A stretch of 32,000 bases of DNA. It comes from Rhodospirillales bacterium. GTDB taxonomy: Bacteria > Pseudomonadota > Alphaproteobacteria > Rhodospirillales > Casp-alpha2. The stretch is from NCBI GenBank assembly GCA_040216635.1, contig JAVJOU010000003.1, positions 87,175 through 119,174 on the forward strand. The letters are read 5' to 3'. The position numbers were made by a program, and so were the translations under genes. The notes below the pieces were generated by a model. It searched no databases and was not told the DNA's origin. It worked only from the letters and a program-made list of their open reading frames with translations. This document shows positions 8,184 through 15,923 of this stretch, piece after piece (position 1 is the first letter of the stretch; each line of letters begins with the position of its first letter).

Positions 8184-8555
8184 GTGTTTCCTTTGAAAAA
8201 TTCTGATGCCCGTTCGTCCGTCAAAGGACTGTCCGCCGAAGCGAAACGCTGGCAGCGCCGCCTTACCGACGAATATTCGCTAGACGACGAGGCCGCTTGC
8301 TTGTTGCTGCAAACGGCGCTGGAAGCGTTCGACCGTATGAGGGACGCCCAACGCTACATCAAAAAAGACGGTGCAGTGGTCAAGGATCGTTTCGGCCAGA
8401 CGCGGGCACATCCCGCCGTGGTCATTGAACGCGATAGCCGCGCCGCGATGCTGGCCGCATTGAAGGCGTTGAATCTGGATATTGAACCTTTGGCCGATGG
8501 TCCAGGCCGTCCCGCCGGTTCATTCAAAACCGGGGGCAAGCGAAGTGGCGACTAA
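8184..8555 (+). CDS. Phage terminase small subunit, P27 family
   Basis: LSAEAKRWQRRLTDEY.LDD.AACLLLQTALEAFDRMRDAQRYIKKDG..VKDRFGQTRAHPAV is the typical P27 TerS pattern. The start is uncertain: GTG at 8184 or TTG at 8193. Confidence 0.75.
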   Translation: MFPLKNSDARSSVKGLSAEAKRWQRRLTDEYSLDDEAACLLLQTALEAFDRMRDAQRYIKKDGAVVKDRFGQTRAHPAVVIERDSRAAMLAALKALNLDIEPLADGPGRPAGSFKTGGKRSGD

Positions 8556-8790
8556 ACGACGGAAAAGAGTTCGGGGATTTACCGAACGGATTACGCCGGA
8601 GGCCGTGGCAGCCTATCAGGCCGGGGATTGGGGAGCGCTCACCCGTGCGTTGAGATTGAAGCCATGGGACATGACCGCGCGCGCCGTGATCCATGGTCAT
8701 TGCGTTGTGGACACTCCCGAACAGATCGCCCGGACGAATGCCCTACGGGCGGAACTTGACGCGCTGGCGGGGGGTGCCGATGGCGACTAA
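8545..8790 (+). CDS. Small basic hypothetical protein (81 aa)
   Basis: GTG start overlaps the end of terS. The N-terminus is VATKRRKRVRG. Confidence 0.45.
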   Translation: MATKRRKRVRGFTERITPEAVAAYQAGDWGALTRALRLKPWDMTARAVIHGHCVVDTPEQIARTNALRAELDALAGGADGD

Positions 8791-9049
8791 ACGCACGCGC
8801 CGTTCACGGGGACGCCGCCCTGATGATGCCCGCGCATGGGCCGTCTTGTTTGAAACGGGGCACGATTATTTTGAAGACCTGGCCCGCCTTGGGTTTCCCG
8901 GTGGCGATGGCGACCGCGCCGCCCGAACAGCGGCAAGGGACGCATGGGCGCGTCTGGGGCGCACCTTCCTGTCCGCTTGGCAACCGACACCACAACGCCA
9001 GACACCTTGGGCGCGGGATCAATTCGGCGCGCCTGTAGGGGGTGTGTGA
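8780..9049 (+). CDS. Small basic hypothetical protein (89 aa)
   Basis: The ATG overlaps the previous gene. The N-terminus MATKRTRRSRG is encoded by nearly the same DNA as the previous start. Confidence 0.45.
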   Translation: MATKRTRRSRGRRPDDARAWAVLFETGHDYFEDLARLGFPGGDGDRAARTAARDAWARLGRTFLSAWQPTPQRQTPWARDQFGAPVGGV

Positions 9050-9486
9050 TGGGGCCGGTTAAATTCAATGTCTCAGGTTTGCGGGAAGTGGAAACCGCGC
9101 TCACCCGCCTTGGCCCCGAACTGGCCGAACAGGTAGGGGATACAGCCGTGCGCGCAATGTCGAAACCCATCATTGAGGAAGCCAAACACCGCGCGCCGCG
9201 AGATACCGGCGACTACGCCACTAAGGGAATCGGCTACGCCAAGGATAAGGCGGATTCCAGAGACGGACGTCGGGCCGGGAAGGTTGGTGCGACCGGAGCG
9301 GGACGTTTCATCGCACACCTTTTGGAATTCGGAACATCGAAGGCGGCGGCAAAGCCGCACTTCCGCCCCGCCCTGGACAGTAGGGCGAATGATGCAATTA
9401 GGGCGGGCGCCGAAGCCTTGGCCCGTGGATTAAAGAACGTCGCGCGCCGACTGGCGACCGGCAAGAAAGTTAGGAGTATTCGATAA
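9049..9486 (+). CDS. HK97 gp10-family head-tail/tail-completion protein
   Basis: AKHRAPRDTGDYA...GRFIAHLLEFGTSKAAAKPHFRPAL matches the gp10-like pattern (P..tG.L...vEfGt...a.PF..PA). Confidence 0.75.
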   Translation: MGPVKFNVSGLREVETALTRLGPELAEQVGDTAVRAMSKPIIEEAKHRAPRDTGDYATKGIGYAKDKADSRDGRRAGKVGATGAGRFIAHLLEFGTSKAAAKPHFRPALDSRANDAIRAGAEALARGLKNVARRLATGKKVRSIR

Positions 9487-11777
9487 TGGCTACGTCTGTT
9501 GGTTCAGTTGTCATTGACCTTGGGCTTGAGTCGGCTTCGTTTAGTCGCAACGTCGCGAAAGCGAACAGCGATCTATCGCGCGCAACAACCCAAATGCGGC
9601 TGCATATGCGTTCCGTGGATCGGGCCGCGCGTGATATGTCCCGCCAATTCGGGCAACTGAAATCCGCCGCCGCCGCTTTCGCGGGCGTCCTGGCCGTGCG
9701 CCAGTTTACGCAATTCACGAAATCCGCAATTGAAACCGGGGACGCCTTGGCGAAGCAATCCCGACAATTGGGAATCGCCGCCTCAGAACTGCAACGCTAC
9801 CGGATCGAGGGCGATCTTGCCGGGGTGGCTACCGAAAAACTTGAATCCGGTATCGGGGCTTTCGTTAAGCGCGTTGGGGAACTACGCGCTGGAACGGGAA
9901 CGCTGGTCACGATCCTGGATAAGTCGAACGTGGCGCTTAAGGAACAGTTGCTTGCCGCCAAAGACACGGGCGAGGGGATCGACATAATTCTAAAGGCCAT
10001 CCGGGAAGCTGAAACGGCGTTCGACAAACAAGCCCTTTCCGCCGCCGCCTTTGGCCGACAAGCCGGGCAAGCCATGGTCCTGCTGGCAGAGGAAGCCGGG
10101 AAGCTGGACGGCCAAATGGTCAACCTTGTCACGCGCTCCGATGAAATGCTGGCCGCGTCGGAACGCCTGAATGATGAGTTCACGCTATTTCAATCCGCGC
10201 TATCGGCGGGGTTTGATAATGCCATTGTAACCGGCTTTGCCGGGTCGCTGGACGTAACCGTTGAGTCCATGCGCTCGGCGCGGGAAGTCGGAGAAACCTT
10301 CGGCAAGGCCGTGGGGGCCTCCATGCGCGCCCTTATCACGGTGGCGAAAACCGTTGCCGAAAACATGCGGGGAATCACAGCGGCAATTGCCGGGCTTGTC
10401 GCCTTGAAGGCAGCAACACTATTCACGGGCATTGCGACGGCAACCGCGACATTCGCGACCGCGACCCTTGCCGCCGCCCGAGCCCAAGGCGTGTTGAACA
10501 CCATCGTTAGCAAGTCCGTCTTGGGGGCAATTGCGAAACTGGCAATCACTCTTGGGGCCGGTGCCTTATCGTGGGCCGCATTCGGGAAGGAAGCGGACGC
10601 CGCCGCAAAGGCCGTAGATGCCGCCGCTAAGGACATTGCTGATTCACTCTCCGGCGCGGGTGGTGCTACTCAGTTTGTCGGCGCGCAACAAAGCGCCTTT
10701 GACCAATTGCAGGAATCACTTGTCCCGGCGATCAAGGCGCAACGTGAATACGCCGAAGGCGTGAAGGCATTGGACGCTGCCGTCGAGGCGGGCAAGATCA
10801 GCTTCATGGACTACAACCTGATGCTGGAAACGCTTCAGATGAACTTGGACGAAGCGACAAAGGGGACCATTGCTCTTTCAAAGGCACAGAAGGAAGCCGC
10901 CGACGCCAGTAAGGCTGCGAAAACAGAGAACACCCGCATTGCCGCCGAAACCCAGGCCATCATGGACGGGGCCAAGGCATGGGAAGATTACAAGAAGTCT
11001 CGCGAGGTCGATCAGGAAGTTACGGCGCTCAAAAAGGATCTGGAATCCGCCGGATTGGCCGCCGATGAAATCAAGCGCCTGACGGAAGAACGCCGTTTCC
11101 TGCTGCAAGTTCAACAAGAAGCCATCGAACAACATGAACAGGAACAAACCCTTTATCGGGAGTTAGAGCAAGTCGGCTCCCGCGCCTTCGACCGCATTGG
11201 TGCCGCTGTTACAGAGATGTTTGTGCAGGGCAAGTCCAGCGCCTTCGAATGGAAGAATGTTCTGCTCGGGGTGATCTCCGAAATTCAGCAGGCATTCATC
11301 GAACTGGCGTTGAATCAGGCCAAGGCGTCTGCGTTTGGTGGTGGTGGCTTCCTGTCCTCAATTTTGGCTGGGTTTTTCGGCGGCGGCGGAAGTGCCGTTG
11401 CGGGTGCTTCTGGAATGAGCGCCATCGGATCATCGGTCCCAATGGCGTTCTTGGCAGATGGTGGTCCAGCTAAAGCCAACACGCCCTATATCGTTGGTGA
11501 GGAAGGCCCGGAACTATTTGTTCCCAACGTCTCCGGCCAGGTTGTTCCGAATGACAGGCTTGTCTCCGGCTCGGGGATGTCGCGGGTTTCTTCCGGTGTA
11601 TCCGAGAAGTCCGGCGACACCTACGTCATCGACGCCAGGGGCGCGGACCGCGAAGGCTTGGCGCGTCTCGAAAAGATGATTCAGTCTATCAACGGCAGCA
11701 TCGAAAAACGCGCCGTTGGGGCAGTTGCCGATGCCCAACGTCGTGGTCGTCCGGCCATGCGGGGGGCCTTCGGGTGA
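9486..11777 (+). CDS. Tail tape measure protein (763 aa)
   Basis: Long Ala-rich helical protein with a hydrophobic central segment and a Gly-rich tail. It has the C-terminal PYIVGEEGPELFVPNVSGQVVPN motif common in tape measure proteins. Confidence 0.8.
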   Translation: MATSVGSVVIDLGLESASFSRNVAKANSDLSRATTQMRLHMRSVDRAARDMSRQFGQLKSAAAAFAGVLAVRQFTQFTKSAIETGDALAKQSRQLGIAASELQRYRIEGDLAGVATEKLESGIGAFVKRVGELRAGTGTLVTILDKSNVALKEQLLAAKDTGEGIDIILKAIREAETAFDKQALSAAAFGRQAGQAMVLLAEEAGKLDGQMVNLVTRSDEMLAASERLNDEFTLFQSALSAGFDNAIVTGFAGSLDVTVESMRSAREVGETFGKAVGASMRALITVAKTVAENMRGITAAIAGLVALKAATLFTGIATATATFATATLAAARAQGVLNTIVSKSVLGAIAKLAITLGAGALSWAAFGKEADAAAKAVDAAAKDIADSLSGAGGATQFVGAQQSAFDQLQESLVPAIKAQREYAEGVKALDAAVEAGKISFMDYNLMLETLQMNLDEATKGTIALSKAQKEAADASKAAKTENTRIAAETQAIMDGAKAWEDYKKSREVDQEVTALKKDLESAGLAADEIKRLTEERRFLLQVQQEAIEQHEQEQTLYRELEQVGSRAFDRIGAAVTEMFVQGKSSAFEWKNVLLGVISEIQQAFIELALNQAKASAFGGGGFLSSILAGFFGGGGSAVAGASGMSAIGSSVPMAFLADGGPAKANTPYIVGEEGPELFVPNVSGQVVPNDRLVSGSGMSRVSSGVSEKSGDTYVIDARGADREGLARLEKMIQSINGSIEKRAVGAVADAQRRGRPAMRGAFG

Positions 11778-11842
11778 GTTTGGCTATACGGGCGTTTGGC
11801 CCTTGGTAAGGGAGTATTCCTTAGCAGGGAGCCCGCTTGTAG

Positions 11843-11898
11843 TGCCCAGGGGCGGATTCGAACCACCGACACCCGCATTTTCAGTGCGGTGTTCTACC
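11843..11898 (-). pseudogene. tRNA-Phe(GAA) 3' fragment (D-arm remnant to discriminator), non-functional
   Basis: The minus strand reads ggtagaacaccgcaCTGAAAAtgcgggtgtcggtggttcgaatccgcccctgggca. The anticodon arm, variable loop, T arm and 3' acceptor strand are intact. There is no 5' acceptor/D-stem partner and no CCA. Confidence 0.75.
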
Positions 11899-12355
11899 TA
11901 TTTCCCGTCGGGCGGCAGTACCCCGGCAATCGAATTGCCCTTCTGGCGTCCGGCGTTTCCAATTCACGATACCGTCCACCGGAAAACCTGGGGCAATCGA
12001 GCGCCAACCCAGCCTTGATAACCTCGGTCCCAATGTCCCTGTTCCCGAGATAGCAGATACCAACAACCCGGTCATGGGTTCGCGTCCCATCCAATTCGCA
12101 CCGCACGGCCTGGCCCATGACCAGGCGCACCATGAATGCTTTACCCTCATCGTATAGGGGTTGCCTTTTCTCGGGTGCGGAGACGCCTTGAAGGCGCACG
12201 GCGATACCCTCAACCTCAATCGTGTCACCGTCGCGCACGTGGGTGACGGTCCCTGTCAAGTCGGCGGCGAAGCCTGTGACGGGATAGCTGAGCAAGGTCG
12301 TGACGGCGAAGAAGAGCTTAGCGTAATTCCCAAACTTCACAGGTGAACGGGTCAA
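11894..12355 (-). CDS. Secreted thermonuclease (staphylococcal nuclease/SNase family)
   Basis: Signal peptide ...LLSYPVTGFA-AD. VRDGDTIEV...VRLQGVSAPE shows SNase Ca-binding and catalytic motifs. Confidence 0.8.
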   Translation of the reverse strand: MTRSPVKFGNYAKLFFAVTTLLSYPVTGFAADLTGTVTHVRDGDTIEVEGIAVRLQGVSAPEKRQPLYDEGKAFMVRLVMGQAVRCELDGTRTHDRVVGICYLGNRDIGTEVIKAGLALDCPRFSGGRYRELETPDARRAIRLPGYCRPTGNR

Positions 12356-12358
12356 TTT

Positions 12359-12754
12359 CTAGTTGGACAATTTTACCGCCAAATTGATGACGACGTCGTA
12401 AAAATATATCACGCCCATTACAACGGCAGCTACTCCAGGTAAGAGCAAAAAAAATAACCCCGCCCAAAAAACTAAACCGATAAAAGCGTTGTCACTATCT
12501 AATCCCCATTTTCCAATCCGATGGCCTATCCGTCCGAGTGCAGATAACACAGTTACAAGCCAAAGTAGCGAAATAAAGAACGCAAACCCCCTAATCAGCA
12601 CATCGCCAGATAATCGACCGATGGCTACAATAGTTGATATTATTAACAACCATCCTAGAGATTCAAAAACACGCCCTGTCAATCCCCATAAGTGTTGATT
12701 AACCCATGTGATAGCCGCTGATTTTAGTGAATCTAGTTTATTCATAATCAACAT
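12359..12754 (-). CDS. Small integral membrane protein (131 aa, 3-4 TM), unknown function
   Basis: gggagg RBS. Hydrophobic segments: GWLLIISTIVAIG, FAFFISLLWLVTVLSALG, FIGLVFWAGLFFLLL, VAAVVMGVIYFY. About 41% GC by hand count over 12361-12760, against about 73% in the next 60 bp. Confidence 0.65.
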   Translation of the reverse strand: MLIMNKLDSLKSAAITWVNQHLWGLTGRVFESLGWLLIISTIVAIGRLSGDVLIRGFAFFISLLWLVTVLSALGRIGHRIGKWGLDSDNAFIGLVFWAGLFFLLLPGVAAVVMGVIYFYDVVINLAVKLSN

Positions 12755-12780
12755 TAACCTCCCTGACTACCTGGATAAAA

Positions 12781-13023
12781 TCACTCCCCCGGCCCCCGAA
12801 GCCTGACCCCCGGCCCCTGGCCGTTGCTGGCGATGAACACGACCCCGGCGGCCTCTAGGGCCGTTCGTAATCTTTCAAGTGTCTCGTCGCGCGCTGAAAC
12901 GGGTCCGTGAATCTTTTCCAGGCGCTTAACCGTCTCAAGCGAGACGCCCGCCGCGCCCGATAGGTCGCGTTGCTCCATGCGAACCAACGCCCGCGCGGCT
13001 CGGATTTGTTCCCCGGTCATCAT
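12781..13023 (-). CDS. XRE-family helix-turn-helix transcriptional regulator (80 aa)
   Basis: GEQIRAARALVRMEQRDLSGAAGVSLETVKRLE is a classic HTH_3 pattern. Confidence 0.8.
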   Translation of the reverse strand: MMTGEQIRAARALVRMEQRDLSGAAGVSLETVKRLEKIHGPVSARDETLERLRTALEAAGVVFIASNGQGPGVRLRGPGE

Positions 13024-13034
13024 GCAGATAATTT

Positions 13035-13083
13035 ACACCTCAGGTGTTGAAACTGCAAATAAATGTAATTACACTTGAGGTGT
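13035..13083. promoter_or_regulatory. Two operator-like palindromes in the divergent region
   Basis: acacct-c-aggtgt (13035-13047, perfect) and acactt-g-aggtgt (13071-13083, one mismatch). Each is preceded by tta. Confidence 0.5.
13047..13075 (+). promoter_or_regulatory. Candidate rightward sigma70-type promoter bracketed by the two palindromes
   Basis: TTGAAA (13047-13052), 17-nt spacer, TACACT (13070-13075). The -10 lies inside the second palindrome. Confidence 0.4.
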
Positions 13084-13159
13084 AAGTAAGCAGGGCCGGA
13101 AAGGGATTGCGCCCCCTTCCAGCCCCTACGCCCCAAACCTGAAACGGAGGTTCAAGACG

Positions 13160-13873
13160 ATGCCTGATTTTACCAGACGACAGGCTACGAATGCCATCGC
13201 CGCAAGCGCCGTGATCGCCCCAATTACATTAACCGCGCATGCCTCAACTGACGGTGCGGTTGCGGCCCTCGTCAAAAAACGTGCGGAACTATGGGTTAAA
13301 TTTTGCGCCGCCGACAATTTAGCTGATGAGCGCCGGTTCGCGTTGCCTGATGAAATCCGCCGCCCGCGTGTCTTGTTGAGCGACGGACACCCAATAGGCC
13401 CGCAATACGCACACAGCAGGGAAGAAATCGCCCGGTATTTCGACCGTTTCAAACAGGAAGCCTTGGCTACAAAGGATTTCGCCGGGTTCCTGATGTGGGC
13501 GCAAATCAATCAAATACCCGGAAGCTGGACGGCGGATGAAATGCAATCGTCGGGACCGCTGGCCCGGGAACGGTATTTTGATAACCTCGCCAAAAACCGC
13601 GCCGCCAAGCTGGCCGAATACGAACAGGCGGAAGCCCGCACCCAAGCCGCCAAGGACGCGGCGGGCGTGACGGATGCCGAAGCCGAAGCGGCCCGGATCG
13701 ATGCGGAAGAAAGGGCAACCGTACAAGCAATAATCGACACCCCGAGCGGTGGCCCCCGCGACTTGCTCGCCAAACTTTCTATGTTGGAAATCACGGAGGG
13801 CAGCAGCGAAGCCTACTGGCACGGCGACATTCTCGAAAGCCTGCGCCGCGATCTACAGGCCGTGGGGGCGTGA
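13160..13873 (+). CDS. Hypothetical protein with Tat-like N-terminus (237 aa)
   Basis: MPDFTRRQATNAIAASAVIAPITLTAHA has a twin-Arg, a hydrophobic stretch and A-H-A. The rest is helical and charged, with no recognised domain. Confidence 0.55.
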   Translation: MPDFTRRQATNAIAASAVIAPITLTAHASTDGAVAALVKKRAELWVKFCAADNLADERRFALPDEIRRPRVLLSDGHPIGPQYAHSREEIARYFDRFKQEALATKDFAGFLMWAQINQIPGSWTADEMQSSGPLARERYFDNLAKNRAAKLAEYEQAEARTQAAKDAAGVTDAEAEAARIDAEERATVQAIIDTPSGGPRDLLAKLSMLEITEGSSEAYWHGDILESLRRDLQAVGA

Positions 13874-13876
13874 CCC

Positions 13877-14038
13877 ATGACCGCAACCCAAGAACAACTT
13901 GCGCGCCTTCGTGACTGCCTGACGCGCCTACGGGGCGTGGTGGAAGACCTTGAGCGGGATCACGCCGCCAACGACGAAGCCAAGCCCCAAGGGGAGGTAG
14001 AGTTTGACAAGCCTGACAAGCCGCCAGTGATCGACTAG
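13877..14038 (+). CDS. Small hypothetical protein (53 aa), below the ORF-track cutoff
   Basis: The ATG at 13877 lies 4 nt after the previous stop (MTATQEQLARLRDCLTRLRGVVEDLERD...). It ends TAG at 14036-14038, and a terminator follows. Confidence 0.35.
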   Translation: MTATQEQLARLRDCLTRLRGVVEDLERDHAANDEAKPQGEVEFDKPDKPPVID

Positions 14039-14051
14039 GCAGCAAAAACCT

Positions 14052-14075
14052 CGCCCCGCTTCGGCGGGGTTTTTC
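14052..14075 (+). terminator. Rho-independent terminator
   Basis: ccccgc-ttcg-gcgggg hairpin followed by ttttt. Confidence 0.65.
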
Positions 14076-14116
14076 TTGTCCGAGTCCTCTTGCCAGATGG
14101 GAGCGGCGGGGAATAT

Positions 14117-14131
14117 GTTCGCATTATGTTC
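14117..14131. promoter_or_regulatory. Alphaproteobacterial-type LexA (SOS) box, GTTC-N7-GTTC
   Basis: gttcgcattatgttc. It overlaps the candidate -10 (TATGTT; -35 TTGCCA at 14090-14095) and the umuD ATG at 14126. Confidence 0.65.
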
Positions 14132-14566
14132 TCATCATCCCAGAAACACCGAATCCTGCACCCCATCGTTGAACGGCGGCTTCCGTTACCGTTGTTATTG
14201 TCGAGTGTGCCCGCAGGCTTCCCGAGCCCCGCCGAAGATTTCGCGGATGGGGCACTCGACCTTAACGATTTGATCGAGCATCCAGCGGCGACCTTCATTG
14301 TTCGGGTGTCTGGGTATTCTATGACTGGGGCGGGTATTTTTGACGGCGACCTACTGATTGTGGACCGGAGTATTAAGCCACGATCCGGCCAAATCGTCGT
14401 TGCCGTCATGGCGGGGGATATGATGGTGAAGCGTCTGAGACAGAAATCCGGGCAGTGGTGGTTGGTGCCTGAAGCCCAAGACCATGAAGAATTTCAAGCT
14501 GTGGAAATGGGCGAGGACTCGGAAATCTGGGGCGTGGTCAAGAATGTGATGCGGTGCTTGTCGTGA
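14126..14566 (+). CDS. umuD: UmuD-like S24 peptidase (translesion polymerase V accessory subunit)
   Basis: [12 protein letters not shown] aligns with E. coli UmuD VQCGFPSPAADY, placing an Ala-Gly cleavage site. GYSM supplies the Ser and MVKRL the Lys. Start set at the ATG at 14126 within track ORF 14090..14566. Confidence 0.85.
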   Translation: MFSSSQKHRILHPIVERRLPLPLLLSSVPAGFPSPAEDFADGALDLNDLIEHPAATFIVRVSGYSMTGAGIFDGDLLIVDRSIKPRSGQIVVAVMAGDMMVKRLRQKSGQWWLVPEAQDHEEFQAVEMGEDSEIWGVVKNVMRCLS

Positions 14567-15816
14567 CCCGCATTTTCGCCCTAGCCGATGCCAACAATTT
14601 TTATGCGTCATGCGAGCGGGTGTTCCAGCCGGAGCTACGCGATAAGCCCACGGTGGTCCTGTCCAACAACGACGGATGTGTGATAGCCCGTTCACCGGAG
14701 GCCAAAGCTCTAGGCATCGCCATGGGAGCCCCTTTTTTCAAGCTGCGAGAGCGGCCCGAATGCCGGGGCGTCCAAATCCGATCCGCGAACTTCACGTTAT
14801 ACGGCGACATGAGCCGCCGGTTCATGGACATCATCGCCGCCAACGTGCCGGACATGGAAATCTACAGCATTGATGAGTGTTTCATCGATTACACCGGCAC
14901 GGATCAGGCAGCGGGTCACGCGCGGGCGCTTCGGGCCACTATCCTGCAATGGACCGGCCTCCATGTGAGCATCGGCCTAGGTGTGACCAAGACCCTTGCC
15001 AAGGTCGCCAACCGCCGGGCCAAGACAGCCCCTGATGGGGTTTTTGATTTGATGGCCCCGGACATACGGGAAAACGTGCTCAGGGAAACCGACGTTGGCG
15101 ACGTGTGGGGAATCGGGCGGCAGTGGTCGAACCGCCTTAAGCTTCGCGGCATTCAGAATGCCTTTGACCTGGCCCAGGTGGACCGGCAATGGGCGCGCAA
15201 CGTCATGGGCGTCACCGGACTGCGCACGGTCGATGAACTGAACGGTCTGTCCGCAGTGGATCTGGAACATGTTCTCCCGGATAAGCAGACCTTGTGCGTC
15301 TCCCGCAGCTTCGGAACCACCGTCCGGGATCGTGATGGACTGGCGGCCCGCCTGCATCACTTCGCAGCCAGGGCGGCGGAAAAGCTGCGCCAGGGCGGCT
15401 TGGTCGCGGGTGCCGTCAACGTATTCATCCGGGGCAACCCATTCCGTCCCGACCTACCGCAATATTCGAACAGCGCCACAGTGAACATGCTGCAATCGAC
15501 CTCCGATACCGGAGACATTGTACGAGCTACGTTACAAGGCCTGGATGGGATATACCGGCAAGGCATTCCCTACAAAAAAGCAGGTGTGTTGCTGGTGAAT
15601 ATTCATCGTAGAGAGCAAGCGCCGCAGACATTATTCAGCAGGCCAGACGCGCGCCGGGATGCGTTAATGCACACCCTGGATAAATTGAACAGCAAGCACG
15701 GTGCCGGCACCCTCTGTTATGGCGAACTACCACAGCCACGGACGTGGTTTATGCGGCAGCAGCATCGATCGCGACGGTATACGACGCATTGGGGAGAGTT
15801 GCCGATAGTGAGTTAA
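14554..15816 (+). CDS. umuC: Y-family DNA polymerase V catalytic subunit UmuC
   Basis: [48 protein letters not shown] closely parallels the E. coli UmuC N-terminus. GTG starts at 14554 or 14563 overlap the umuD stop. Confidence 0.9.
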   Translation: MLVVTRIFALADANNFYASCERVFQPELRDKPTVVLSNNDGCVIARSPEAKALGIAMGAPFFKLRERPECRGVQIRSANFTLYGDMSRRFMDIIAANVPDMEIYSIDECFIDYTGTDQAAGHARALRATILQWTGLHVSIGLGVTKTLAKVANRRAKTAPDGVFDLMAPDIRENVLRETDVGDVWGIGRQWSNRLKLRGIQNAFDLAQVDRQWARNVMGVTGLRTVDELNGLSAVDLEHVLPDKQTLCVSRSFGTTVRDRDGLAARLHHFAARAAEKLRQGGLVAGAVNVFIRGNPFRPDLPQYSNSATVNMLQSTSDTGDIVRATLQGLDGIYRQGIPYKKAGVLLVNIHRREQAPQTLFSRPDARRDALMHTLDKLNSKHGAGTLCYGELPQPRTWFMRQQHRSRRYTTHWGELPIVS

Positions 15817-15859
15817 TGCACGCGGGGGGGGGCAGGTTTTGGAGGGTGGGCCAAGATAA

Positions 15860-15888
15860 TTGACAAGCGGAATTTATTGCAACATAAT
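15860..15888 (+). promoter_or_regulatory. Candidate sigma70-type promoter for int
   Basis: TTGACA (15860-15865), 17-nt spacer, CATAAT (15883-15888). The -10 overlaps a copy of the 11-mer motif (ttgcaacataa, 15877-15887). Confidence 0.4.
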
Positions 15889-15923
15889 CGCGATGTAGCC
15901 AACAGCCACTAGGAGCGAGTGCC

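Noticed and set aside
10190-10636. 148-aa minus-strand Ala-rich ORF inside the tape measure gene
   Set aside because: It is an antisense reading of an Ala-rich coding region with no independent support.
11716-12053. Plus-strand ORFs 11716..12018 and 11796..12053
   Set aside because: They run through the tRNA-Phe fragment and lie antisense to the thermonuclease 3' end, with no RBS or motif support.
15870-15885. Sigma54-type promoter (GG-N10-GC) around ggaatttattgc upstream of int
   Set aside because: The spacing between the GG and GC elements is two nt short of the consensus, and the flanking bases do not match TGGCAC/TTGCW.
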